From a virus, in IMG/VR virus record IMGVR_UViG_3300030419_007196, positions 32,001 to 96,000 of that record: a stretch of DNA of 64,000 nucleotides. One strand, given 5' to 3'. The notes under the pieces are model-generated. The model made no database searches. It saw only the letters and a program-made list of their open reading frames with translations, and was not told where the DNA came from. Within the stretch, counting starts at the first letter, position 1; every line of letters begins with the position of its first letter. Both the position numbers and the translations under genes were made by a program. Of the stretch, positions 36,573 through 46,957 are shown piece by piece.

Positions 36573-37724
36573 TTAGTGTGTCAGCTTCACCGAAATTAGT
36601 TGTGACTTCGAAGCGTCCTTTTTAATTGGTTTCGAAAATTTACCTACTGCCATCAATTCTCCATCAGAGGCGTACAAACCAACGCCAGTTATATACGCAT
36701 ACGCAGGGTTGTTTTTATTAACGCTGCCGTCGCTGTCAAGCCTAACTTGAATTTGACTTGATGTATTGACGTAAGATGGGTTGCTGCTATAATTAAAATC
36801 GTTTGCGCCTGCTGTACAAAGATAGTTTGCAACATTTAATTGTGTGGCGTTTTTAATAGAAATATTTTGAATTCTATGCCTCATCCCCGTAGCACATTCT
36901 AGAATAGTACCAGAAATCATCGCGTGGCCAAAAGTGTATTGTTTTGCTTGGGATTGACTAACGAAAAGTATGGGAAGGTGGCCGACTGTATCGCCGTTGG
37001 CACCAAAAATACTATTTGCGCCGAGGTTCGAACTTGATAGTTGAATCGCGGCGATGCCCCTAAATCTGTCCAAGATACCGACGTTGCCATTATTTGTGGT
37101 TTCTTTAAGTATTCTTAACCCGTTTTCCAAATCAACAGACCCTGAATCGGTTATGATGCGAGTCCCAACAGCACTACCCGTGCCGCTAGCATTAAAGGGG
37201 CGCCCATGTGAGCCGGTACCGATCGTTAATTCGAAAGAACCTTTTCTAATCTCATCCTTCATCATGAGTCTAGAAAAGTTAATAAAAATGGGCGTGCGCA
37301 TGACGGTGGCAGTATTTTGAGTATTAAAATTGCCAGAAACATCAAAAACTCTTAAAGAGCCAGTTTGATTGTAACCAAGCATGACCGCTGCCATTTGCTT
37401 ATAGATATTTTGTTTTGCTAAAATATCTGTTGACGTGCCTGAAACCGGGGCGGTGGAGCCGACCAACAACTCATTTAAATCAACTGGTGACGAATTTGGC
37501 AAGTATCCGACCGTGATATCAAACAAGGGATTGGCACTCTGACTTAAATGAGGATAGTCGTGACATGTTTGATACATACCCTGATCGTGGTTTTTAATAT
37601 TAGAAAGAGTGCTGGCCTGATCTGGGTAAGTTCCTGATAAGACAGAGCCGGTTACGGCAATTGTTTCCTTTACAAAATCCTTTGTGGTTGTTATTTGTAT
37701 GTTTGTTGAATATTTGCTAGCCAT
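36573..37724 (-). CDS. Baseplate/tail structural protein, paralog of 35275..36564
   Basis: FNYSSNPSY, ITGVGLYASDGELMAVGKFSKPIKK. Confidence 0.65.
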   Translation of the reverse strand: MASKYSTNIQITTTKDFVKETIAVTGSVLSGTYPDQASTLSNIKNHDQGMYQTCHDYPHLSQSANPLFDITVGYLPNSSPVDLNELLVGSTAPVSGTSTDILAKQNIYKQMAAVMLGYNQTGSLRVFDVSGNFNTQNTATVMRTPIFINFSRLMMKDEIRKGSFELTIGTGSHGRPFNASGTGSAVGTRIITDSGSVDLENGLRILKETTNNGNVGILDRFRGIAAIQLSSSNLGANSIFGANGDTVGHLPILFVSQSQAKQYTFGHAMISGTILECATGMRHRIQNISIKNATQLNVANYLCTAGANDFNYSSNPSYVNTSSQIQVRLDSDGSVNKNNPAYAYITGVGLYASDGELMAVGKFSKPIKKDASKSQLISVKLTH

Positions 37725-37753
37725 TTATATCTCCGTTATTCCTTGTTAGCTCT

Positions 37754-38671
37754 CTATACCTTAATAAATTTCAACGGTACGCTTATGTTTAGGTTTGTTG
37801 TAAGCCCCTCAACAATCATTACGTTAGTAATGTTCTTTGCTGTGGATCCATCAGTAAAGCTGGTTGTATCCGTTGAACCCAGAGCAGTCCAAATCGCGTC
37901 ACTTGCAACATTAATGTTTGGGGCTGCAGCAACAGGAATTCTTAATCTGGGACCTCTAGCGCCCTTAATTGGCGAGGCTGCTTCGTTTTGCTGCAAGTCT
38001 TGCCAATAAGGACTTCCATCCTGCGACTCTCTGGTGATTAAATATGTTGCAATAAAATCATCATCAACTGAAATTGGATGTAATTCTTGGCCCGGGTCGG
38101 TATTCGGTACAAGGACACGGCCCAATCTATAATCCAATTTAACTAAAACTTGGGTCTCTTCAAGATCTGCCGGCAGAAGTTGCAGAAAATTATATGGACT
38201 ATTGGCGCCGTCATCATTAACTCCATGATCTATGTAAATCCAACTATTTGAATTTTTTGATATTAAAGTTTTATCGTAGCCTTTTAAATATCCGGCCGGC
38301 AAATTAGCTGCAGCAAATTTTGAATCGTAAGTTGTCTTGGTGGCAATTATAATGTAGTCATCTGTACTAGATTTTGCGGTACCGCCCTGTGAGGTGTCAG
38401 TAACAAGAAGAGTGCTGTTTAAGTGAGATGAGTCCAGCCTGCTTGACATTAATAGATACTTCAAAGCTTTTGAGTTCTCTGAGATAGCTTCAAAGATGGG
38501 GGTGTTAGCAAATTTGCTGTTAGGTTGTGACTCTAGCGCCTTGTCATAGACAATTTCATCGTCACTCAAAGAAAATTTTCTTATATCAAAATTGCCTGCT
38601 GCCATACGGCGGCGACCTTCGTCGGTTAGAATAGCGTCTAACACTAATACAGAATCAGTTAAAAATGACAT
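37754..38671 (-). CDS. Baseplate/tail structural protein with N-terminal collar-like motif
   Basis: LDAILTDEGRRRMAAGNFDIRKFSLSDDEIVYD. Confidence 0.65.
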   Translation of the reverse strand: MSFLTDSVLVLDAILTDEGRRRMAAGNFDIRKFSLSDDEIVYDKALESQPNSKFANTPIFEAISENSKALKYLLMSSRLDSSHLNSTLLVTDTSQGGTAKSSTDDYIIIATKTTYDSKFAAANLPAGYLKGYDKTLISKNSNSWIYIDHGVNDDGANSPYNFLQLLPADLEETQVLVKLDYRLGRVLVPNTDPGQELHPISVDDDFIATYLITRESQDGSPYWQDLQQNEAASPIKGARGPRLRIPVAAAPNINVASDAIWTALGSTDTTSFTDGSTAKNITNVMIVEGLTTNLNISVPLKFIKV

Positions 38672-38695
38672 TTATTTGCTCCTCTCTTATATAAT

Positions 38696-38715
38696 TAATT
38701 AGCTCTTATAAATAG
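38696..38715 (-). promoter_or_regulatory. Tandem putative late promoters (CTATTTA, CTAATTA)
   Basis: Two motif copies in the 74-bp gap, followed by SD GAGGAG. Confidence 0.55.
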
Positions 38716-38745
38716 TTTATAAAAAATTGTTTTTATTTATGTTGT

Positions 38746-41700
38746 CTAGTAAAACTTTCCTTCTATGTCGATTATCAATTCTTGAACATTTTTGTCTTTT
38801 GAAGATAAGTCTGTTTGATCCTCTCCAACTTCTATGTTTCCTTCGTCTTCCTGAGTGTCCGAATCACCTATTGCAAATGGGACATTTCTTTTTAAAATCC
38901 TCTCGCACGTTCCGGTTTTTAAGCCAGTATCCTTACATTTATAGCCCTTTGAACAGCCTCCGGGCTGACCCGACTCAATACCGGGCTTACAATATCTAAT
39001 CGCATCACCGGATAATTGTTCTGGAGTTGCAACTGGTTTTTCAAAAGTTTGAGTTTTTTCAAATTCTTCTAAAAATTCCTCTTCTTCTTTGGTTAGGCCC
39101 GGGCCAATCATCTGTATTGGGGTTGGCTCATATTCAAAAACTAACTCTGCATCTTCAGGCACAGGTTCATCTTGTTTCATTTTCCTATAACTAAAAATTA
39201 CGTTTAAATCAAATCTTCTGCGGGTCTTTTTAGATGTTATTCTTAGTTTATGTGACGGTAGATATGGTTGCCCCGCCGGATCATTATCTTTAAAGACTAC
39301 CTCAGAGTCTTGAAAAAGTCTATTTCTATAACTCTTTGATGTTCCATCAAAATCTTCCTTAACATAGAAGCCCGGGATAAAAATTTCAGGTTTTAAAGCC
39401 GATTGTAGAAACGTTGGTGAAACATTTAATATTTTTCTAAAAAGCTTCTCTTTTATTTTTTCCTCATCTTGTTTGAAAAAATAGACCTCCAACAGCCCAA
39501 AAACATGGCTTTGCTCATTAACAATTCTTAACTTTAAGACTTTTGTTGGATCAGACATCACACCATCAGAACCAACAGCCACACCATAATAATAATAGTC
39601 TACGTTTGGAAGAACATCATCAGTAAAGTTGGAGTATCGGGTGCCTAATATTTTATGTGGTTTTTTACCAAATGACTCATAATTGTCTGGCTTGGTTGAG
39701 GTTCTATAAATACGATATTCTTTTAAAGGAATGGCAAAAGTGGTGGCGAAGTCTCCAAGCTTGATAACATTTTCTTGCTCTTGAATGTCGGTGCCGGCCG
39801 TAGAAGCTTCGGCGCCAACGATAGTGTTGACAAGAACTAGCGCCTTATTTGTTACACCTTTTTGAGTATAAATCTGAATGTCGGGAGGGGCCGGCTTAGT
39901 TATAACAGTTTCGGTTTCTAGTTTAAGGTCTGGTGAGTTTAACTTGTCTGGCGATGCAACAGGTGTGTGGACGACTATATCATATTTTGAGTAGTCTATT
40001 TTTACATCTACCGAGATTTGTTTGTTGTTGTATATTGGAAGTATCTCATTTTCATCGCTTGAAACTAAATTATTTGGAACAGAGGGGAGATTATATATCT
40101 CTCCATAATTTTTACCATATTTGCTATTAAGGTCAAACACATCTTGAGAAAACAGTTCTTTTTGATTTGGGTCCGGTAGTTGTTTTGGCGAACTATACAC
40201 CAACTTTGTTCCATACACAAAATTTATTTGCTCAATATTGTAATAGTAAGTCTTTTTCTCCTTAATTTGAGAGTCGAAATACTTTAGATAACCAGCAAAC
40301 CCGGGCTGATCATTCATAACATAAATTCTTTTTATTATAGAGTCATCATAATTGGCGGTTCCCTTCTTCTGAGTTGATTTTGTTATTATATAACCCAGCA
40401 CTTCAAATGGAGACAGGGTGCCAGCTTTTATCTTTTCAAAGTCTTTTATTCTTGATTTACTATCAACAGTAGATCCGGTCCATTTTCCGGCTGGAAATTT
40501 GTCGTCATATGAAACATTTGGTAAGTTATCACCATCGCTGAAATTTAAATTAGTGCCGGCGTTAGCATACAAGTCGACAAAATTTTCTCCCTGATTAAAC
40601 AATACTGCTTGTAGATTGGTTGGAATGCTTTTTTGGTTATCAATATATTTTTTTAAATACCCGTACTTTTTAACACCCAAAGAACTTATTTCATTTACCT
40701 TGTTAGAGGAATTATTAGATTTAAAATTAGCATAAAACTCTAAAGATGAGTAGGGTTTGACAAATTCAACATACTGATTTGATTTTTCAATCAGGGTTGA
40801 GGCAGCCAAGACTTCTGTTTCAAAATTGGCAAATGGCTCGCCTTGATAAATAAAAGTTTTCTCATCAAACTTGTTTGGATGACCTAGAGACTGATAATAA
40901 AAACTAAAAACGTCGTTTTCATTCGCTTCATCAGGCACGCGTGGCTCATTTTTTGTTTCATAAAACGTTTTGAAAAATGTCTGAGGTGCAACTATATTCA
41001 AGGAAGGTTTTTGGTTGTTTGAATTCAATTCAAAATTATAAAAATCAAAAAATATGTTACTGGCCGGCTTTAATAGCAGGGATAAAAATGAAGCCGGGGA
41101 AAATGAATTAATACCAGAAACTGACTTGATTGGGTAAAAAGATTCAAACGGCAAGGGGGTTTTAGGGGCACCGGGCATTTTAGAAGCCGCCAATTCTGCG
41201 GCGGATATAAACTTTCTTCCGAATAATTTAAAATCTTTTGATTTTGTATTGTACAAATAATCCATCGCAGCAAAGACTTTTGGATTTATAGTGAGGCGAT
41301 AAAAATCAGGCTTGTTAGGAATTGGTAAAAAAGTGTTTGATGGCACCAATAAGATATTTCCAAAACCTAGGTCGACCGCTGTGCTTGTTTTAAGTAGTGT
41401 GTAAAGCTCTATATCCTTGTCTGATTTTGCCGTTATGTCATCTGCAACAGCGTTTTGGTACTTTAACAACTGATTGCCCTTATCAGGCGCAATATTTAAA
41501 TCTTCCGGTATTTTTGCCGTGTCCGGAATTAAAAGACTAAAAGAGTTATTATAGTAATTGTCGGCGGTATTATCCTCTTTAACAATATTATTGCTAATAC
41601 TAAATTTTTGTGGAAACACCTTCTGTAGCTTGCCGCCGGCCTGAGTTGTTAAAACTTGTGCCTCTATTTCATTTAAATTGACTAGTTTATAATTTTCTAA

Positions 41701-41883
41701 AACAATACTTCCTAAAAGCTCTTGTGCGCTGGTTAATAAATAAACAGAATCAGACAACAGCATCGGCACATTTACATAGTCCGAATCAGGGCCAGACTGT
41801 TTTACCTTGAAAGTAATAGAGCCGCCCTGTTTATAAATAACGTTATTAAAAATTACAGCAGATTGTGGTTTTTGTAATGGCAT
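38746..41883 (-). CDS. Large hypothetical structural protein with FN3-like segments
   Basis: EYRIYR...FTDDVLPNVDYYYYGVAV is FN3-like; small Cys module near the C-terminus. Confidence 0.6.
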   Translation of the reverse strand: MPLQKPQSAVIFNNVIYKQGGSITFKVKQSGPDSDYVNVPMLLSDSVYLLTSAQELLGSIVLENYKLVNLNEIEAQVLTTQAGGKLQKVFPQKFSISNNIVKEDNTADNYYNNSFSLLIPDTAKIPEDLNIAPDKGNQLLKYQNAVADDITAKSDKDIELYTLLKTSTAVDLGFGNILLVPSNTFLPIPNKPDFYRLTINPKVFAAMDYLYNTKSKDFKLFGRKFISAAELAASKMPGAPKTPLPFESFYPIKSVSGINSFSPASFLSLLLKPASNIFFDFYNFELNSNNQKPSLNIVAPQTFFKTFYETKNEPRVPDEANENDVFSFYYQSLGHPNKFDEKTFIYQGEPFANFETEVLAASTLIEKSNQYVEFVKPYSSLEFYANFKSNNSSNKVNEISSLGVKKYGYLKKYIDNQKSIPTNLQAVLFNQGENFVDLYANAGTNLNFSDGDNLPNVSYDDKFPAGKWTGSTVDSKSRIKDFEKIKAGTLSPFEVLGYIITKSTQKKGTANYDDSIIKRIYVMNDQPGFAGYLKYFDSQIKEKKTYYYNIEQINFVYGTKLVYSSPKQLPDPNQKELFSQDVFDLNSKYGKNYGEIYNLPSVPNNLVSSDENEILPIYNNKQISVDVKIDYSKYDIVVHTPVASPDKLNSPDLKLETETVITKPAPPDIQIYTQKGVTNKALVLVNTIVGAEASTAGTDIQEQENVIKLGDFATTFAIPLKEYRIYRTSTKPDNYESFGKKPHKILGTRYSNFTDDVLPNVDYYYYGVAVGSDGVMSDPTKVLKLRIVNEQSHVFGLLEVYFFKQDEEKIKEKLFRKILNVSPTFLQSALKPEIFIPGFYVKEDFDGTSKSYRNRLFQDSEVVFKDNDPAGQPYLPSHKLRITSKKTRRRFDLNVIFSYRKMKQDEPVPEDAELVFEYEPTPIQMIGPGLTKEEEEFLEEFEKTQTFEKPVATPEQLSGDAIRYCKPGIESGQPGGCSKGYKCKDTGLKTGTCERILKRNVPFAIGDSDTQEDEGNIEVGEDQTDLSSKDKNVQELIIDIEGKFY

Positions 41884-41884
41884 T

Positions 41885-43084
41885 TTAAGTCTCTAGGATA
41901 AAATATTGATTTTCACCATCTATAAAATTAGTTTTGCACAAATAATTAGAATTCGTTGTCAAAACTGTTCTAAAATCTGAAAGCAAAACAAAGTTTGGAG
42001 ATGAAACGGAAGCATATGAATGAGAAAGCAGAATATATATTTCATCCATATCTACGGATTTAACGCACCTTATGTTAGACCTAGTAGTATTTTCACTTTT
42101 AGAATCAACCAACTCTAAACAGGCAAAATCTATGTTTAGACTGGGCGCTTTAACTTTTAATGTGGAATCTTCTTTATATTTGTTTATTCTTTTAAAGTTG
42201 TTTTCAAGACTTGGTAGTGATTTAATGACTACTGTCGGAATATTTAATGACTTCGTGTAAGTTACACTCGTCCTCTCCTCGCGGTTAACAACTAGGCCGT
42301 TTTCGATGTTAAGATCACTAGTCATGTTTTCATGCAACAACGGCTCAACAACTATTTTAAAACTATGACTGATTTGTCTAACGGGCGCAGCCCGTTTGGA
42401 TACGGACATTCCAACAGCGGAGCCGTAATTTCTAGTTTTTATTTTAATTTTTTGATCGATAAAAGATATATCCTGCAACATCTCTCGCTTTAATAAATAA
42501 TAGGTCCTATCAGTAACCAAAAAATTGTTTTTTGAAGCGCGATTATATATTTCTTTGTTCTGGCCTGTGATATCCTGAAGGTTATAGCACAAACTGGTCA
42601 AATCTGGCAAATCTTGTGACACAATATCTAATTTGGACATCGAATCTACAGTATTAATAAAATTAATTGCCCTTTCTCGCAAATTAAGCGCCTTATTAAC
42701 TGATATATCAAGCAAAACCATATTAAAATCGTATTTTCTCTTTCGATGTGGACCAAAAAGCTGGCTAAAAGCAAAATAAGTAAAATTGCCCTCAACTCCT
42801 AAAATGGATAAAAGTTCTGGCTCTATGTGCCTGTCCTCTTCGCGGTATTTTAAGTTTGAATTAAAATAAGTTGTTAGAAGGCCGCCGTGAGGATCGTTCA
42901 TATAAGGGACTATTCTAATTGATTGTATATAATCTAACAAATCATTTTTTCTATATAGCGTTGGAAATTTTAAATTCTCCTGCATTAGGGAAAATATATC
43001 CACTCCAAAGTATGCGCGGAGGAGGTGACCTTCATTTGTTTTTTCAAAACTAGTATAGAGATTGCTGAAGTTCGATATTTTCAT
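41885..43084 (-). CDS. Hypothetical protein
   Basis: 399-aa ORF in the baseplate block. Confidence 0.7.
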   Translation of the reverse strand: MKISNFSNLYTSFEKTNEGHLLRAYFGVDIFSLMQENLKFPTLYRKNDLLDYIQSIRIVPYMNDPHGGLLTTYFNSNLKYREEDRHIEPELLSILGVEGNFTYFAFSQLFGPHRKRKYDFNMVLLDISVNKALNLRERAINFINTVDSMSKLDIVSQDLPDLTSLCYNLQDITGQNKEIYNRASKNNFLVTDRTYYLLKREMLQDISFIDQKIKIKTRNYGSAVGMSVSKRAAPVRQISHSFKIVVEPLLHENMTSDLNIENGLVVNREERTSVTYTKSLNIPTVVIKSLPSLENNFKRINKYKEDSTLKVKAPSLNIDFACLELVDSKSENTTRSNIRCVKSVDMDEIYILLSHSYASVSSPNFVLLSDFRTVLTTNSNYLCKTNFIDGENQYFILET

Positions 43085-44159
43085 TTGTACTAGCCCTCCT
43101 CATGTTAGAATTTGCAGCATTAATTGCGGAAGAGTCAACATCTATATTATGTACATGCGGCGGTACCCCAGAAACATCATACAGGTCAACACACTTGGGA
43201 TAACAATCACTTTGTGCCGGCTGTACAACAAAATTTATTACACGATGCATGTGATTGACTTTTGAATTTTGTGGGTTTACAGCCAATATTGCGTATCCGT
43301 TACCGTTAGTGTCTAAAACATATTTATGATTGTGGCCGGCATTATAAGATGTTTCCCCCTGTATATTTTTTAGTGGCGACGGTTTTACTAATTTGGTTTT
43401 TTTGCCTGACTCGGACTTTAAATCTTCAAATGGAAATAATATTTCGTCATTCTCCACCACAATAGTTGATTGAATTGAATAATCTGCGTTGTTTGACAGC
43501 CCAATAAGTATCGGGGCGTTATTTTGTTCTATAAAATCGATCTCAAATTCTTGAGCGGTTGCAATATTGCGAACAACTTGACAATTGAACATGCTTGATC
43601 TCAAGTCAGTTATGGTGTTTCTAACCATGGCGATAAATCCGCTAGAGTCGCCATAAGAGGCGGGATCTTCAGATGGTGGCACCTGTATAAACGAGATTGT
43701 CAAAACACTAGCGGGATCGGCAAAAGTAATGTTTAGTTTTGCTTTATTGTTGTCCAACAAGACTATCTTGTTTATCTGATAGTTAAAATCAACCAATCTT
43801 GAGTTGCTAGAAAAAAGGGCATCAGAAGATGCAGATAACGTGGCCGTGTCAATATTTGTCTCTAACACATTTTTTAAATCATCAATACTTACAATATCAA
43901 AGTCGTCAACAACGTTTAAAACTTCAATATTTGAAGATGTTTTAAAATAAGAAAAGATAGAAGAAAATATTTTTGATTTTAATTCTTGTTCATCCAAAGA
44001 AAGTTGGCCACTAGTTCTATTTGTAGCGGTTGTGATATAAAAGCTGACTCCTAAAATAGTCTTATATAAGATCGATCTATCATTAATAACGCTTGTTGAT
44101 ATGCGGATTGGAGTCCCATCAATAAAAATCTTACTATCTAATTGTTTAAACATGCTCAT
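43050..44159 (-). CDS. Hypothetical protein with C-terminal HxH-rich module
   Basis: GHNH, HMH, HVH and CYPKC. Confidence 0.7.
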   Translation of the reverse strand: MSMFKQLDSKIFIDGTPIRISTSVINDRSILYKTILGVSFYITTATNRTSGQLSLDEQELKSKIFSSIFSYFKTSSNIEVLNVVDDFDIVSIDDLKNVLETNIDTATLSASSDALFSSNSRLVDFNYQINKIVLLDNNKAKLNITFADPASVLTISFIQVPPSEDPASYGDSSGFIAMVRNTITDLRSSMFNCQVVRNIATAQEFEIDFIEQNNAPILIGLSNNADYSIQSTIVVENDEILFPFEDLKSESGKKTKLVKPSPLKNIQGETSYNAGHNHKYVLDTNGNGYAILAVNPQNSKVNHMHRVINFVVQPAQSDCYPKCVDLYDVSGVPPHVHNIDVDSSAINAANSNMRRASTNENIELQQSLY

Positions 44160-44929
44160 TCTTTACATTCATCCTTTGGAACTTCAATTTCTAACTTCTT
44201 CAATTCATCACTATAATTTATATCCAAAACTTCATCCGTGTCAACCGATATATTAAAAAAGTACTCTACATGTTCTGAGGACAAAGGCTCATCTTCATCT
44301 ACAAACTCAAGCTTTTTTAAGCTCTGCATGTCTCCTGAAAATTGAAAAACCTCTAAAATAAAATTTTCTTTATCGTCAAAAGCATTTTCTTCCAGTACTG
44401 ACAGTTTCAGATCATCAGAGGTCCTTTTAATGTAGACTCTGCTTTTCTTTCCGTCCTCTTCAATATAAATTTTATATTCACAAAAAATATTTAATTGAGG
44501 AATCTTATCATGAATATAGTCGTCTAAAGTTGCCACCTTGCCGGCCTTCTCCAATTCTATTGGGAATTGTTTAATTGAGCCGGTAAACTCACCCTCTTGT
44601 GAATATATTCTCCAAGCCGGCTTGTTTTGTTGTGTATAATCATAGCCCCCCAACTCAAAATATTTTGGATATTCTAAATCGCCTTTTTTCTGTGGGAAGG
44701 CTACAGAACTATCCCACGTCACTTGCTCTTGAGTTATCGGAACATTTTTAATCCGCTTTTGTGCGTTGTTTTGGGATTCAGTAATGTACGCGTGCTTGCT
44801 GTCGTAAATTACCTCGTTATCATAAAAGGAATATGAATGAGGCTTAAACTTGCCCTTGGAGAGCTTTTCTCTCCCCTTTTCGGTCATAACCAAATCAAAC
44901 GTTTCTTCTTTTTTATTAATAAACGTCAT
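44156..44929 (-). CDS. Structural protein sharing its N-terminal motif with 37754..38671
   Basis: DLVMTEKGREKLSKGKFKPHSYSFYDNEVIYD. Confidence 0.65.
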   Translation of the reverse strand: MTFINKKEETFDLVMTEKGREKLSKGKFKPHSYSFYDNEVIYDSKHAYITESQNNAQKRIKNVPITQEQVTWDSSVAFPQKKGDLEYPKYFELGGYDYTQQNKPAWRIYSQEGEFTGSIKQFPIELEKAGKVATLDDYIHDKIPQLNIFCEYKIYIEEDGKKSRVYIKRTSDDLKLSVLEENAFDDKENFILEVFQFSGDMQSLKKLEFVDEDEPLSSEHVEYFFNISVDTDEVLDINYSDELKKLEIEVPKDECKE

Positions 44930-46944
44930 TATTCATCTTCCCTGCAATACACTTTGGCCGATATCTGGCTTAAAGGTAAAATTGTACACTGGTCATATGG
45001 CCAGTTGTAAGACCAATCATAATCTAAATTTTTGTCATATTCTTGCCCAGTTTTCTTTTTAGTGTACACATCATAATTAGTTTCAGCCCTATACTTCGCT
45101 TTAAATGTTTGTGCACGAATTGTCTTACCTTCAAATTTAAAATCTGATCCTAAAACCTGTTCGATTGGCACCGAAATGGTCTGAATTTGTGGCACCGATG
45201 TTGTCAGGCTCCCAGTTAAATTACCCTGCCAAAGTGCCAGCCTTTGATCTCGATTTAAGTTCAAAGAAAATTGGAATACTGCTGCGAAGTACGGAGCGAT
45301 AGATTTTCTATTTAAAGATATTTGTCCGCTAGCAATTGTCAACTCGCCGGCCCGGGCCGACTCTCTAATCGACATAAGCCAGTCTAATTCTGGTGGAAAC
45401 ACATATTTTTCCATGGCTAATATTATATCATCAATAAAATCTGCCCCTTCGAATGTAGAATTTTCTCTATTAAGAGTTATTGAGTCTAGTTGTGTGTCGG
45501 TAAAGTATCTGAATCTTAGTTGGTTGGTTTTTTCTAAAAAGAAAAGACGGTTTAAGACACGGGCTTCATCAAGCATTATTGGTTCAGCTTTGCAATCTTT
45601 GTCATTTATGTATGGTATAACAACTACTGACTCTTCTAGGGGCTTGGTTTCTACGATATCACCAATTTTTTGTTTGCCTTCAAAACCAAATAATTTCGCA
45701 GCCGAAATGTTTCCATCATTAAAACTTACCCTGTCTGTAATGTTTGGATTACCGAGAGGATCGTCCTCCGTTAAAATTCTAAGGTATATACCCTTGTTAC
45801 TTTCATATTTTGGAACGTAAGAAGAGACCGTTGCAACGCTTGGCACATCACTTGAATAAGTGCCGGATAAAGCGGTAATAGTATAAGAAGATGAGGCGGC
45901 GTCCAGCAAGGCTGTTACGTTTTCTCCGTTTGTTGAAACAAACGGGTTTCCGTCCTTAGTTGATCCAAAGATTAAATTATGCCTCATATCCATCGGAGTT
46001 ACATTAGTAAATTCAGCGCCGGTGTCGGCACCATATGTACCGACGCCTTTGTTGTGCATAGAATAGCTAGCGCTTGCTAGATACTCTTCAAAGCTCAATT
46101 CTTCTAGGGCGTCTGACGCCGGCTGGTATTCTATTTTTAACAATCTTCTATCTGGTACATTTAATTTTGATCTTAGCATAGGGTTAGATGAAGTTACCTC
46201 AAAGCCCTTGAAGTCTGTTGAACCTTGGTTAAAAACATCCACGGTGTGTTTGCCTAGGCCGCCATAAGGTAGTTGTGGATACCATGGCCACGCTCCTATA
46301 AAATCAAAATTAGTGGTTGGCATGTAATCATTATCTATAGCAACCCACATAACAACATTACGAATTTTGTTATTGCTTCCCAGAACACGCTCACTAATTT
46401 TAAATTTACCTGTTACTGGGTCTGGCTTTTTAGTAGACTTAATTATACTTCTTTTAACTCCGTAAAAGTTTTCTATTTCACAAAAATAATTTTGCATAGC
46501 TAAAGAAGAAGCTGGCGAGTAGCCCTTTGTTTTTATTTCTGTATAAGACGCCGTTGTGTTTGTTGCATAAATTGTATCGAACTCATATACAAAATTCGGC
46601 AGCTTGCTAGAGTCCCAAAGAGCATTAACCGGTACATAATCAGACGAAACAAAGTTTCCTGATACTGTAGGGACATTCGAAGCGCTATATGCGTTTGGAT
46701 AACTTCTAGTTGGGTTTGTTCTTACCGCGTAACTTGTGTTTAAGCCAAGCAGGTGTGAGTTATACATTAAACGACTGCCAAGGGCCGGCACCGATTGTGA
46801 ATTCTGAAAATTGGTGTAAATTACAGAGCCGCTTATATCTTCATACCATTTCTTCAAAACAGTAGTTGATCTTGTTTGCCAATAAAAATCTTTGTACGGC
46901 AAAAATTGTAACGCAGAATGACACTCAAATTCTAATTTCTTCAC
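44929..46944 (-). CDS. Hypothetical baseplate-associated protein
   Basis: GTG start, 671 aa, ends WSYNWPYD. Confidence 0.65.
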   Translation of the reverse strand: MKKLEFECHSALQFLPYKDFYWQTRSTTVLKKWYEDISGSVIYTNFQNSQSVPALGSRLMYNSHLLGLNTSYAVRTNPTRSYPNAYSASNVPTVSGNFVSSDYVPVNALWDSSKLPNFVYEFDTIYATNTTASYTEIKTKGYSPASSLAMQNYFCEIENFYGVKRSIIKSTKKPDPVTGKFKISERVLGSNNKIRNVVMWVAIDNDYMPTTNFDFIGAWPWYPQLPYGGLGKHTVDVFNQGSTDFKGFEVTSSNPMLRSKLNVPDRRLLKIEYQPASDALEELSFEEYLASASYSMHNKGVGTYGADTGAEFTNVTPMDMRHNLIFGSTKDGNPFVSTNGENVTALLDAASSSYTITALSGTYSSDVPSVATVSSYVPKYESNKGIYLRILTEDDPLGNPNITDRVSFNDGNISAAKLFGFEGKQKIGDIVETKPLEESVVVIPYINDKDCKAEPIMLDEARVLNRLFFLEKTNQLRFRYFTDTQLDSITLNRENSTFEGADFIDDIILAMEKYVFPPELDWLMSIRESARAGELTIASGQISLNRKSIAPYFAAVFQFSLNLNRDQRLALWQGNLTGSLTTSVPQIQTISVPIEQVLGSDFKFEGKTIRAQTFKAKYRAETNYDVYTKKKTGQEYDKNLDYDWSYNWPYDQCTILPLSQISAKVYCREDE

Positions 46945-46957
46945 TTATACACCTACC

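Noticed and set aside
38707-38714. Exact T4 late promoter TATAAATA on the plus strand
   Set aside because: It points antisense into a gene; better read as the minus-strand CTATTTA motif.
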